The notes: a model not told the origin generated them from the letters alone. 63,996 nucleotides of DNA, filler included, from Basidiobolus ranarum (GCA_040143965.1; 5 parts of 5 records of this genome joined end to end with filler, not necessarily neighbours in it), one strand, 5' to 3'; shown: positions 13,973-26,708, numbered from the whole stretch's first letter. Translations and numbers: made by a program.

Positions 13973-14848
13973 GGACAATCACCATAGCGATCTTCCTCGA
14001 TCAATCACTCATAATGACCTCTGAAGACAGAACATTCTGTTTGCCCTACCTCACAACGCATAACCAACTTCACTACTACATCTGCTTTGTCCTTACATAA
14101 CAGTAGTAAAAAATGGAGACAATACCCCCACCCGTTGTACGAAAGTGAACTGTATTCAAGACGAAACTTTCATCGTCTCAACGATATTTACCAAATCCTG
14201 CAGTCAGCACATGAAGACCATTAGATACCCTACACGAAGAGACTCAACACCTTTCAATATTGATTACTGCATTTAGCTATTGCTTTATGTATGAATTTTC
14301 TACAAAGGTCAATAGCTACTTCGTCATCTTCGCTTCATCCTGAGTAAAGCTGATCTAACTTATATATTGAACTTCTATACTGAGAGCAATATCATTACCA
14401 CGTGAATATTGGATATCTAATCCTTGGCCTGTTCGCTAGTTAAACTCATATTCATGTTGTTTTTCCTGAACCTTGTGAAGCTCAATAAATACTTCAATAA
14501 CTTTAGCATCACTGTATACTCAGTATGACCATCCCGGTTTGTGACTATTATTGAAGAATGCTGATCTCCAATATGAAATCCCGTAAAATTTGCAGTGGAA
14601 TCCGGCTTTCCAAAACTTAAGATAGAATTATTCGTCAATATGACTGGCTGACCTTATTTGATATTCTTATCTATTATAGGAAAGATTTCTACAATTATAT
14701 ATTTTCATTTCTTCGAAGTTGTCCGAACACAAATTGGGTATAGCACTCATTTTCAATTTTCTAGTATATTTTATTATAAATATACCCTTTTTTCCATAGA
14801 TTTGACGTGTAGGTGTAGTTCCCTCCTTCTCTTCTATATCTTTACCAT

Positions 14849-17800
14849 ATGTCTAGCTTATTCGGTTCTTCCCCGCATTTTTTTCAGTTCTCTGCCCCAA
14901 ACAGAAAGTGTAAGTATTTTTATTTATTCCGAATTCCTCTCATTGCCAGACTTGAGTACTAAGCTCGCTTTTTCCAGTGATCATCGGAATATGTGCTTTG
15001 GACACTAAGACGAGGTCAAAGCCCATGCGTAACATCATTAACCGACTACTGGCGTATGGTGAATTTGAAACCATTATATTTGGTGATAAGGTTATCTTAG
15101 ATGAGGGTTAGTTAAAGAGCATATAGTATTCATATACTTTGAGCGAGTCGATTAATTATGAAAATTTTCCTTATCCAAATCAAGACGTGGAAAACTGGCC
15201 CTATTGTGATTTTCTCATTTCTTTCTTCTCTACCGGGTTTCCGTTAGATAAAGCCGTGGAATATGTGAAACTAAGGAAGCCTTTCTGTGTCAATGATCTT
15301 CCCATGCAGCATGTGCTCTTTGATAGGCGTTTGGTATTGTCCATTCTAGATGCTATCAGAGTACCTACTCCAAAACGACAAATTATCAATCGTGACGGTG
15401 GTCCTAAAGTCCCTGAAGATGTGGCTGACAGAGTCTATCGACATATCGGATTAAAACTGAATGAGAATATACCCGATACTGAAGTGCAAATAATAGATGA
15501 AGATACCATTGATATTATGGGTGAGAAGATGACAAAGCCCTTTGTGGAAAAACCCGCTCATGGTGAGAATCACAATATCAATATATACTATCCTAAAAAA
15601 CAAGGCGGTGGTGTCAGACATCTTTTCAGAAAGGTAGGGGGTTTTGTGTCATTTTCTTTCCCTGTTCAAATTGAAATTAAATCTTCATTAAGGTTGGCAA
15701 TAAATCAAGTGAATATTTCCCTGAATCATGCGATATCAGAGAGGACGGATCTTACGTATATGAGGTAACGCAAATATTGTTGATAGTACGGTTATCGGTG
15801 GATGCTTACAAAATTCACAATTATAGGAATTTGTGGATGTTATCAACTCAGAGGATGTCAAAGTCTACACTATTGGACCAGGTTACGCGCATGCGGAAAC
15901 TAGAAAGTACCATTGCTTCAATATGTCTTATAAGAGAATTATTATCAACCCTATAAATATATTTGTAGATCACCAGTTGTTGATGGAATCGTTAGACGTA
16001 ATGCTGATGGCAAAGAAGTGCGATATGTTACCAACCTTTCACCAGAAGAGAAGGAAATGGTCAAGCGTGTTTGTATTGCATTTGGGCAAAATATTTGTGG
16101 AATAGATTTACTACGTACCGATGGAAAATCTTATGTTATTGACGTGAATGGATGGTCTTTTGTCAAAGGAAACGACAATTACTATGATATGTGCGCACAA
16201 ATTCTACGTCGTATGTTTTTGAATGCCGCCAAGAAAAGATGGTTTTCTCATTTCCTTAGTAGAGGACCAAATAACGAGAACGCTTGGACACTTAAAGGGT
16301 TCCTGTCTGTATTCAGACATGGGGATAGAACACCAAAGCAAAAAGTCAAATTCGCTTTTACTAGTCAACCATTCATTAACTTACTGAATGGCTCTACTAG
16401 AAAGATCACCCTCAATAAGGATAAGGATTTGATTAATGTTATTCGTGCCGCTGATGAAGCTTTAGAGACCGGAGCTGACGATAGTGTGAAATTGGAACAA
16501 CTGAAATTGATTTTGGAACACAAGTATGATTTAGTAGGTACAAAAGTACAAATCAAGCCATCATTCAACAAAAAAACTGGACTATTTGAGAAGCTGGTAC
16601 TGGTTGTCAAGTGGGGTGGAGAAGTAAGTTTTCCGAATGTGTTCTCTTACTTTATAGATTATTCAACGTTACTAACCTTCCTTGATAGTTTACTCATGCC
16701 GGATTACATCATACAAAAGAGGTTGCCGAGAATATGAGAAATGATCTTGCCGTTCTAAACAAAAAACTGTTCGATGATGTTCGTATTTATTCGAGCTCGG
16801 AGAGAAGAGTTGTGGCAACTGGTTAGATTTCAAACATTTCGTCTATTAGCTGTGGAAAGTTGTTTTAGAGTGTTTTCTAAATATTCTCCTATATTCTAGC
16901 CGAAGTATTTGGTAGAACGTTCCTAGATACTCCTCAATTGGAGAAGGATTTCATTCAGATTCGAGGAGATATGTTGGATGATAGTGACGCTGCTAAAGAA
17001 CCCATAGAGCAGGCAAAGAAACAACTTACTCAGATCATGAAGGCCACCACTAGGGAGGAAATTCCTGAATTGATTACGATTCCCAAGAAACTTGAAAATC
17101 TCGCCGAATTTTTGAAAGAAACCGTAGATTTATTATCTACCTTCAGGTCCACCATGCATGCTAACTTTGCAGCTATGGACGTAGAGCATATTCAAGAAAC
17201 ATGGTGTTGTTCAGAGACACCCGGATTGTTCAAGGAACGTTGGGAAAAGATCTTTCAAGGCATTTGCGATCCTGGATATGAGAATTTCAATCCAAGCAAA
17301 GTACCCGAGCTGTATGATTCATTGAAGTACGATGCTCTACACAACCGCGAGTTCCTCGAGGTGATTTTTGTTCCACCGGAAGAACGTGGACAGGTCGAAC
17401 AGATCCGAGAATTGTATCGCCGCGCTAAGATTCTTTTTGACATCGTAGCTCCACAGGAATTTGGTATTACTGCTGATAAGAAGATGGAAATTGGCAGTCT
17501 TACTTCAATCCCACTACTGAACCAGATCGTGAGTGATCTGGAAGATATTCGATCAGGAACCAATCCTAGTGCTCGGTTCTACTTTACTAAGGGTTTGTCA
17601 TTAGTCTTGATCTGCATTCGATATATTTGGCACTGATTATGTTGGACCTTTAGAATCCCAACTGCATACCATGCTAAACGTTGTATTTGGAAGCGGGCTT
17701 CCTACAAAGCTAACACGAGCGGATCTAGAGGAGCTTGATTGTAAGTGATTTCCATTTCTAAATCCATTCGTAACAGGGAATCTCAACCATTTCTTGAATG

Positions 17801-18155
17801 AACAGATCTTACCCAGATTACCTTCGAGTTATATGAGTGTAACCGTGAATCCGACGGAAGTAAGGAGTATTCACTCCGAGTTGGATTCAGTCCCGGTGCT
17901 CATCATTCAAATATTATGGATCTCCAGATGGATGACCGCCACACCATTTCCGTTAGCCCTAGAAGGTAGAGTCTTTATGGTTTTGAGTCATGTGGATATC
18001 TGCTAATCTCTGTTCATGGATATAGAGACCTTACTCATCACTTGGCGTTAGACCGTGCCTTGCAATACTTGCAGACACAAATAGATCTAGCCAAGCAAAA
18101 AGAAGCCGAAATGAAAGCAGGTATAGCTTCACCCATCTTTGATAGTGAGTTGTAA
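14849..18155 (+). CDS. VIP1: Inositol pyrophosphate kinase/phosphatase VIP1/Asp1 (PPIP5K), multi-exon
   Basis: [37 protein letters not shown]-grasp DVNGWSFVK; histidine-phosphatase [10 protein letters not shown]; canonical GT-AG introns. Confidence 0.96.
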
Positions 18156-19299
18156 TTGATCCCCTGCATCAATTGTCGACTTCATCTCGTGCTCCGTGAT
18201 TATTTGCAAGATGTCATTTGTGAATATGACACAATCTAGTGAATGATAAACGTATTTTTGATTCAATGCCATAATGGGCAAAATACAAGCGCTTAAGAAT
18301 TGCACAACAGAATGTTATTGATGTATTTATATATGAATTGTGAGTCGTGAATCGAAGATCATTTCATTTGTTCTTCTCTCAGTAAAATGCTTTTATCAAT
18401 CTTAATGAGGATAGTTGTCTTAAGAGGTTGTCCATAGAGAGGAACCGAGTAAGCAGTGACTCTAGACGAAAACCGGAACCCATCAATATTTCAAGTCATA
18501 GTATGAGGATAACTAGAGCAATGTAGTATTGGGTCTTATGTACACTCATCTTTATTTTCCGTACTCATTACTAAGGAGACGGCTTGTTTACCAAATAGTG
18601 TCTTCCACACAACAGTATTGATGAAATACAAGATACCTAAAATTCATGTCTCTTTGCGAATGTTTTTTTCGCGTCACATAAAAAATTACAAGGTACGAAT
18701 ACCAACACGATAACCAAACTCGTCCAAACTTCAATTGAGTGTTAACAAGATCATTATAAGAGAATTTGGGCCTAGAGCTTTCACTTACAGTTTTTCCGAG
18801 TCTAAGACTAACCAACGAAATGATAAAAAATATTCGGAAGTCGAGCGATTTGAAATAAGTCAGACTTTATCATTCCTAGGCAAAACAAATATAGTTGAAG
18901 CATCAGGGTTCCAATGACCTCGGTATTTATACATCTGGAAAGACTTCTGTCAAGGTTCGCTTTACGACTAAGACGAAGATATTAAGATACAGAAAGTGAG
19001 ATGCGATTGGTCTTTAGATTTTGAGGAAGCATCAAAGTTTACACAATTATAAAACAAAAGCAAGTATATTTGGATATATTCTAATGGTTGGAATGCCGTC
19101 TTTATTTACCTCTCATAAATGACACACTATTGGCTCAAATACTTCTACGAAATAAGTATTTATAATATATCTCTATGCACTTAGAATTTTGATTAATTTA
19201 TATGCTTGATTGAAATATAATTTTCTTGACTGCTCACGGAGTCCTGTTTTGTGCTAGAGCGTCTCTTCGTTTTTAAATATTACAAGTGAGACTTAGAAC

Positions 19300-20346
19300 A
19301 TGTCGAAACTCTCCTTAAAAAATGCTGTAGTGGAATATAAATATCTTTTCCGACCTCCTTCTTTAGCTGATGGAATCGATGAAGATTTAGGGCGCGATCT
19401 TTGCCAACTAGCCTGTGAATTCGCGCAATCTGCTGGCATTCTCCTCAAATTGTATCCATTCTTTTTTGGTTATTACTTTGATGTTGCTTCTTTTAGTGTG
19501 CTTGAATAATCTCTCTTTGTATGGACATTTTGTTTTTTTCCTTAACTTGACCTCTTTAGGCCGCAAGTAACAATGGCTACTGCTCAGGTTTTGATCCATA
19601 GATATTATTATCGTTCGTCCTTGAAGAACACTGGAGTTCAAGTAAGAATTATGTCTCCATGACTTTCCGGCATACATTACTAACTATGTTTGGTTATCCA
19701 ACAGGACCTTGCTATGGGTGCCTTATTCTTAGCCTCAAAAGTTGAGGAATCTCCTCGTAAGATTAAAGACATTATCAATGTTTTTCATTATCTTATCAAC
19801 AAATTTCGCGGAAATGATACCAAGCCTATGGAGCCCTATTCAAATGTAAGTATCCAGTCTCTATGAAATACGACTGACTATCAAATTCTCAAGTGTGCAT
19901 GACTTGTGTAGGACTTCTACGTGATGAAAAAAGGATTGTTACAAGCAGAAATGCAGATCCTGACCAAACTAGCGTTTAACGTTCAGGTTCAGCTCCCATA
20001 CGGCTTATTGATCAATTATATACGTTCACTTGATCTGACCAACCATCCATCATTTCCGCAAGTTGCTTGGAATTATCTGAACGATAGTCTTAGGACTAAC
20101 GTATACGTATGCTATCAGCCTCCCACTATCGCATGTGCTATGATATTTTTGGCGGCCCGGACTTGTCAGATCAAGCTCCCACTCTCTCCGCCATGGTGGG
20201 AAGTATTCGATGCCAGCATAGAGGATATGGAGAACATCTCAGGTCACATCTTGAATGTCTATCGTAAAAAACTTCCTTCCAATTTACCATTGACCAGTTC
20301 AGAACTAGAAGAATATGTTAAGAATGCAAGGAGACATAGAAATTGA
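19300..20346 (+). CDS. Cyclin L-like transcriptional cyclin, 4 exons
   Basis: LPQVTMATAQVLIHRYY; GALFLASKVEESPRKIKDIINVF; AWNYLNDSLRTNVYV; PPWWEVFDAS. Confidence 0.88.
19452..19559 (+). other. Putative U12-type (minor) GT-AG intron
   Basis: 5' site GTATCCATT; branch TTCCTTAAC about 14 nt from the AG; removal restores LLKL/PQVTMATA in frame. Confidence 0.75.
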
Positions 20347-20704
20347 AGCAAAAGGAATATTGTAATATAGAGCCGAATATGAAGTCTCGATTTGTTTTTA
20401 TTTGTTATAATTTTGTTCGATGAATAGTGGCAGTACTACAAAGCCTCACTCTTTTTTCCCACCATATAAAATACTTCATCTGATTCTGATCAATGCTAGT
20501 CCTTATTCAATCCAAGTAAATACACTTAATTTTAATGGGTTCATCCAAGAATACTATGATGATTTGATTACTCGCTAAGAATACGAATCAAATATGTTTT
20601 GATTGACCCATGTTTTTTTTTCTTCCTTGGATTTTCCATTTCATATAAGATGATTTTTCACACCTCCCCCTCTGCGTAGGAAATTTGGTTTTTTCCTTTC
20701 AAAA

Positions 20705-23700
20705 ATGGAGAACGCAGAGAAAGAGCTACAGCAACTCTCTTTGGCCGAGGCCGAAGCCAAGTCTAAGAATGCTGAAAAGAATGAGGCTAAGCGTAAAGCT
20801 AAGTTGGAGAAATTCTTGGCTAAGCAAGCTGCCTTAGAAGCTAAGAAGGCTGCTGCTGGTAGTCAACCAGAGAAGAAGAAAAAGGAACCTAAGGAAAAGC
20901 CTGCTGCTCCTAAAGAAGAGGTCTTCGTTAACACCACCCCTATTGGTGAAAAGAAAGACTTAAGCGCCCCTCTTGCTGCTGCCTATAACCCCAAGGCTGT
21001 TGAGTCTGCTTGGTATGAATGGTGGGAAAAGGAAGGTCATTTCAAGCCAGAATTTGGTCCCGATGGTAAGGTCAAACCTGCTGGAGCATATGTCATTCCC
21101 GCTCCCCCACCTAATGTCACAGGTTCTCTTCATATTGGCCATGCTCTTACTGTGTCCATTCAAGATACTTTAATCAGATGGAATCGTATGTTGGGTAAGA
21201 CCACTCTCTTTAATCCCGGTTGCGATCACGCTGGTATTGCCACTCAAGCTGTCGTTGAAAAACAACTTTGGAGAAATGATAAACTATCTAGACACGATCT
21301 CGGTCGTGAAAAGTTTGTTGAGAAGGTTTGGGAATGGAAGCAGCAATACGGTGATCGTATTTATCATCAATTGAAGCGTTTGGGTGGATCCTTTGACTGG
21401 GAACGTGCTCGTTTCACCCTCGACCCTGAACTTTGTGATGCTGTTACTGAAACCTTCGTCCAATTACACGAAGAAGGTGTCATCTACCGTGCCAATCGTC
21501 TCGTAAATTGGTCGGTGAAATTGAATACTGCCCTGTCTAATTTGGAGGTAGAGAACAAGGAACTCCCTGGACGCACCCTTTTGTCCATTCCCGGACATGA
21601 CGCTGAAAAGAAATATGAATTCGGTGTATTGATCTCCTTCATCTACCAAGTTGAGAATTCCGACGAAAAGATCATTGTTGCTACTACTCGTATTGAGACT
21701 ATGCTCGGTGATACTGCCGTTGCTGTTCATCCTAAGGATGAGCGTTATAAGCATCTCCACGGAAAGTATGTTATTCACCCCTTCAATGGCCGTAGAATTC
21801 CTATCGTGTGCGATGATATTATCGTAGATATGGCTTTCGGTACTGGTGCCGTCAAGATTACTCCTGCCCATGATTTCAACGATTACGAAGTCGGAAAGCG
21901 CCATAACCTCGAATTCATTAACATTTTGAATGACAATGGTACTCTCAATGCTAACGCTGCTCCCTTCGAGGGTCTCAAGCGCTTTGATGCTCGTGAGGCC
22001 GTTCTCGCTGCTTTGAAAGAAAAGGGTCTCTATGTTGAAACCGTTGACAACCCTATGTCCGTTCCTATTTGTACCAGATCTGGAGATATTATTGAACCTT
22101 TAATGAAGCCTCAATGGTATGTCCGCTGCAAGGAGATGGCCAATGAAGCCATGAAGGTTGTCGTTGATGGTGAACTAGAGATTCAACCCAAGGCCTCTGA
22201 AAAGGAATGGTTCCGTTGGCTCGAGAATATCCAAGATTGGTGTGTCTCTCGTCAATTATGGTGGGGACACAGAGTTCCCGCTTACTTTGTCAACATTGAA
22301 GGAGAAACTCATGATGCTAACGATGATGGCTACTGGGTGTCTGGCCGTACTTTGGAAGAAGCACAGGCTAAGGCTGAGGCCAAATTTGCTGGAAAGAAAT
22401 TCACCCTCGAACAGGATCCTGATGTACTAGACACCTGGTTCTCTTCTGGATTATGGCCTTTCTCTATCATGGGTTGGCCCAAGAAGACTCTTGATTTCGA
22501 TAACTTCTATCCTTCTTCCCTTCTTGAAACTGGATGGGATATTCTTTTCTTCTGGGTTGCTCGTATGGTTATGTTGGGTATCAAGCTTACCGGAAAGTCT
22601 CCCTTCAAACAAATCTTCTGTCATGCTATGATTCGTGATGCTCACGGACGTAAGATGAGTAAGAGTTTGGGTAACGTCATTGACCCCATTGATGTCATTG
22701 AGGGTATCACTTTGGAGGCACTTCACTATAAACTTGATCAAGGTAATCTCGATCCTAGAGAAGCCGTAAAAGCTAAGGCTGGACAACAAGCTGATTTCCC
22801 TAACGGTATTCCCGAGTGCGGTACTGATGCTCTTCGATTCGCACTTTGCGCTTATACCTCCACTGGTCGTGATATCAATTTGGATATTCTTCGAGTTGAA
22901 GGTTATCGTAAATTCTGTAACAAACTTTGGAATGTTACTCGTTTCGCCTTGATGAAGCTTGGTGAAGATTTCAAGCCCAGAGCCAATGCTGAACTTACTG
23001 GAAATGAATCACTCCCTGAACTTTGGATTCTTCATAAATTAAACAAGGCCGCTGCTACCACCAACGCCGCATTAAATGAGAAGAATTTCATGGCTGCCAC
23101 TTCCGCCATCTACAGTTTCTGGCTCTATGAATTGTGTGACGTTTTCGTTGAAGTTATCAAGCCCATCACTGATGATTCCTCTCCTGAAAATGCCACTCAA
23201 CAACGTTCTGCCAAGGATACTTTGTACACTTGTTTGGAAGCTGGTTTGAAACTCCTTCATCCATTCATGCCCTTCGTTACTGAAGAGTTGTACCAAAGAT
23301 TACCTCGTCGTCCTGAAGATTCTATCCCCACCATCTCCAAGGCCAGCTACCCTGTTGAAGAGGCTTCTTATGATAATGATAAGGCTGAAAAAGACTTCGA
23401 TAATGTATTCTCCATCGTTAAAGCTGCTCGTTCCTTGATTGTCGAATACAACATTTCTTCCAATGCACAAATCTACATCACTGTCGGCAAGGATGAAATG
23501 AGAGATTTACTTGCTAAAGAAACTCGTTCCATCGTTACTCTTACCAAGGGATGTAAGCAAGCGGTAGTTTTGGGAGGATCTGACTCTGTACCAGCTGGTT
23601 GCGCTTTAGCCACTGTCACTGAAGATATCAACGTTTTGTTGATGATTAAGGGACAAGTTGATATTGATGCTGAAGTAGAAAAATTAAACAAGAAATTGGA

Positions 23701-23872
23701 AAAAGTCCAAACTAGTTTAACTACTTTAAACAAGAAGATCTCAATTCCTGATTATGAGAGTAAAGTACGTGCGGATATTCGTGAAATGAATGAAACTAAG
23801 ATCAAGGGATATCAATCTGAAATCGAAGGAATCACCAATAGTATTCAAAACTTCTTGTCTTTGAAGGATTAA
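20705..23872 (+). CDS. VAS1: Valyl-tRNA synthetase, single uninterrupted ORF (1055 aa)
   Basis: PPPNVTGSLHIGH; DWCVSRQLWWGH; KMSKS. Confidence 0.98.
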   Translation: MENAEKELQQLSLAEAEAKSKNAEKNEAKRKAKLEKFLAKQAALEAKKAAAGSQPEKKKKEPKEKPAAPKEEVFVNTTPIGEKKDLSAPLAAAYNPKAVESAWYEWWEKEGHFKPEFGPDGKVKPAGAYVIPAPPPNVTGSLHIGHALTVSIQDTLIRWNRMLGKTTLFNPGCDHAGIATQAVVEKQLWRNDKLSRHDLGREKFVEKVWEWKQQYGDRIYHQLKRLGGSFDWERARFTLDPELCDAVTETFVQLHEEGVIYRANRLVNWSVKLNTALSNLEVENKELPGRTLLSIPGHDAEKKYEFGVLISFIYQVENSDEKIIVATTRIETMLGDTAVAVHPKDERYKHLHGKYVIHPFNGRRIPIVCDDIIVDMAFGTGAVKITPAHDFNDYEVGKRHNLEFINILNDNGTLNANAAPFEGLKRFDAREAVLAALKEKGLYVETVDNPMSVPICTRSGDIIEPLMKPQWYVRCKEMANEAMKVVVDGELEIQPKASEKEWFRWLENIQDWCVSRQLWWGHRVPAYFVNIEGETHDANDDGYWVSGRTLEEAQAKAEAKFAGKKFTLEQDPDVLDTWFSSGLWPFSIMGWPKKTLDFDNFYPSSLLETGWDILFFWVARMVMLGIKLTGKSPFKQIFCHAMIRDAHGRKMSKSLGNVIDPIDVIEGITLEALHYKLDQGNLDPREAVKAKAGQQADFPNGIPECGTDALRFALCAYTSTGRDINLDILRVEGYRKFCNKLWNVTRFALMKLGEDFKPRANAELTGNESLPELWILHKLNKAAATTNAALNEKNFMAATSAIYSFWLYELCDVFVEVIKPITDDSSPENATQQRSAKDTLYTCLEAGLKLLHPFMPFVTEELYQRLPRRPEDSIPTISKASYPVEEASYDNDKAEKDFDNVFSIVKAARSLIVEYNISSNAQIYITVGKDEMRDLLAKETRSIVTLTKGCKQAVVLGGSDSVPAGCALATVTEDINVLLMIKGQVDIDAEVEKLNKKLEKVQTSLTTLNKKISIPDYESKVRADIREMNETKIKGYQSEIEGITNSIQNFLSLKD

Positions 23873-24219
23873 AATTTGGTTTCTTTCAAATGGGTATGGT
23901 TTGGTTTAAATAAATCCTAAATTAATAAAGTGAGTATTCTGTTGATGAATTGTAAAAATATTCCCAACTCATTGTTATGCACTCTTAATAACTATTATCA
24001 AGTCATTTCAGTAGCTAATATCGCTCTACGTATTGCCAGATTGTAATATATATATTATGTTAGATCAAGTATTCCAATATTTATACATAATTAGAAGCTT
24101 CCAGCTCCTATTTCGAGAATTTGAAGTTTGCCAAAGGAGTTTTAAGAAATTGAACAATTATGAGTTTGAGATAAATATATTACCACTGTGGCTAGACAAG
24201 TATGTTCTCTGTATATTCC

Positions 24220-24640
24220 TTGTGTGGAAAGTTTACATTTATAGTTTTTCAGGGTGTAAGCAGAAAAACATATAAAATATGCTAAGGAAGGTCCCAACCA
24301 CAAGTGTGCAAAGTTTGGAGCCTCTTAGGCATGCTTGGAAAAATTATATATCTGAGAGCATAGTAAATTTAAATATTGTAGAACTTTTAAGTTGGTGTCA
24401 ATATTCTAAGTAAATTCCAACTGAGGATGGTTAGTGATATCTTAATAAAATATGGAGTAGCTAAGTACTAATCTCTATATGATTATATAGATATCTGGGC
24501 TATTTGAATTTAAACACTCTCAACTAAAAAGTCATATATGCCAAACCTAAGGAATGTCTAAATTTCTCATATTTTGTTTCTGTAGAACAATAAGGTACTA
24601 TAATGAGACTATTTTTGATAGTCTCTCTAATAATATGGTA
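24220..24640 (-). mobile_element. Old degraded Copia remnant (LTR plus eroded RNase H 3' end); boundaries approximate
   Basis: Diverged LTR motifs (AAGGTCCC...GTGTGCAAAGTTTGG, CTAAGTACTAA) followed by CAACTAAAAAGTCATATA...TGTAGAACAATAAG, paralleling 25580-25730. Confidence 0.65.
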
Positions 24641-24663
24641 TCTGTTATTGGTGTACTTACTTA

Positions 24664-24872
24664 TGTTAGAGTATTTTGGGAGCCTGTTGGAGGTGGTTTT
24701 AACTTATTGATTTGTTAAGTTGAAAGTAGACACACATACTTTTATCAAGATGAAGCAAATGCCATGAAGAAAATGTTAAGAAAGGTCCCAAAAACATGTG
24801 TACAAAGTTTGGGGCTCCTAGCTCAAGTGTGAAAAGTCTGCATATCTGAAAACTAAGTTGGTGACAATGTTC
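24664..24872 (-). repeat. Degraded partial LTR
   Basis: TGTTAGAGTATTTTGGGAGCCTGTTGG is the reverse complement of the LTR 3' end; internal ACATGTGTACAAAGTTTGGGGCT. Confidence 0.7.
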
Positions 24873-24930
24873 TGTTGAACTTTATTTTCTTCATTGTATT
24901 TATTACCTTTATCTTTCTACACCTAACTAT

Positions 24931-25279
24931 TGTTGAAATTAGCATTGCCTGGATACCTATATAGTTATATATAGCTTAGTACTTAGTTATCTTATATTTT
25001 GCTAAGATGTTATCCATTATTCTCAATTGGAGTTTACTTAGAATATTTTTACCAACTTGAAAGTTCTCAGATATATAGATTTTTTCAAACTTGTGCTAGA
25101 AGCCCCAAACTTTGCACACATGTTCCTGTGACCTTCTTTAACACTTTATACATGTTTGTTTGTTTACATCATGACAAAACTATAAATGTCAACTTTCTAC
25201 TCAATCAATCAATAAGTGAAAGCCACCAGTTCCTCTAATTCTCCAAACCACTTCCAACAGGCTCCCAAATACTTTAACA
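24931..25279 (+). repeat. Complete LTR (349 bp, TGTT...AACA); no target-site duplication seen
   Basis: Terminal TGTT/AACA; collinear with 50918-51249; inverted copy of 25280-25571. Confidence 0.9.
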
Positions 25280-26608
25280 GTTTTCACTTATTGATAGATT
25301 GAGTAGAAAGTTGACATTTATAGTTTTGTCATGATGTAAACAAACAAACATGTATAAAGTGTTAAAGAAGGTCACAGGAACATGTGTGCAAAGTTTGGGG
25401 CTTCTAGCACAAGTTTGAAAAATCTTTATATCTGAGAACTTCTAAGTTGGTAAAAATATTCTAAGTAAACACCAATTGAGAATAATGGACAACATCTTAG
25501 CAAAATATAAGATAACTAAGTACTAAGCTATATATTACTATATAGGTGTTTAGGCAATGCTAATTTCAACACTCTCCCTCAACTAAATAGTCATATAAAC
25601 TAATCCTAATAAAGGTCTAAATTTCTCAAATTTCTGTCTAGCTAATGGTTTGGTTAATATATCAGCAATCATGTCTTCTGTAGAACAATAAGTTAAGTCA
25701 ATAAACTTATTCTCTATAGTCTCTCTAATGAAGTGATGCTTAATATCTATGTGTTTGCTTCTATTATGAAATGTGGGATTTTTAGCTAATTTGATACAAC
25801 TTTGATTATCTTGAAATATTGTAGTTGGTGAATTTTGAGAATAACCCAAATCTGTTAAGAGTTTTCTTAACCATATTGCTTCTTTTGTTGCTTCACAGGC
25901 AGCCATGTATTCAGCTTCTGTTGTTGAAAGTGCTACGGTAGGTTGTTTCTTTGAATTCCAAGAAATAGCTCCATTACAGCAAAGAAATAAGTATCCTGTT
26001 GTAGATCTCCTGTCTTCAATATCTCTTCCCCAATTTGCATCTGAATATCCCATCAGATCAAAGTTTGATCCAGAATATGTGTATTTTGAACATAGATCCA
26101 CAATACCTTTCAGATATCCAAAAATCTGCTTAACTGCTATGATTTGATCAGATCCATAATTTTGAAGACATTGGGACATCACTCCCACAGAATATGCAAT
26201 ATCCGGCCATGTTCCAACCATGATATTCATCAAACTACCAACCATAGATTGAAAAGGAAGTTTCTGGCTATCATTTGATTCCTAAAGCATCTGATTTGAG
26301 CCATTTTTGGTCAAGTTGAGATTTGTCTCCATTAGGATAGATACTGGATTACATTCTTCTATTTTAAGCTTCTTTAGTATATTTAGGATCTACTTAGACT
26401 GGTTTAAAGTTATTGTCTTGATACTTCTATCTATCTTATTTTGGATTCCAAGATAGTAAGTCAGTTCACCTGGAGCAGTCATTTTGAATTTGGCACATAA
26501 GCTGGATTTGGTTTTCCCCAAAGTCTTGAAGTCAGTGGTTGCTATAATAAGGTCATCTAGATATAAGGCTAATAACACTGGGTTTGTCTTATCTGGCCCA
26601 AAGTAGAC
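25280..26608 (-). mobile_element. Ty1/Copia LTR retrotransposon 3' portion: frameshifted RT, RNase H, polypurine tract and 3'-truncated 3' LTR (25280-25571); cut by the contig end
   Basis: RT motif LYLDDLII; RNase H GYSDANWG...ISWNSKKQPTVALSTTEAEY...SKHIDIKHHFIR...ADILTKPL; GAGGGAGAG directly before TGTTGAAA. Confidence 0.95.
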
Positions 26609-26708
26609 NNNNNNNNNNNNNNNNNNNNNNNNNNNNNNNNNNNNNNNNNNNNTTAATTAATTAANNNNNNNNNNNNNNNNNNNNNNNNNNNNNNNNNNNN
26701 NNNNNNNN
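26609..26708. other. Artificial contig-joining linker
   Basis: N44-TTAATTAATTAA-N44. Confidence 0.98.
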
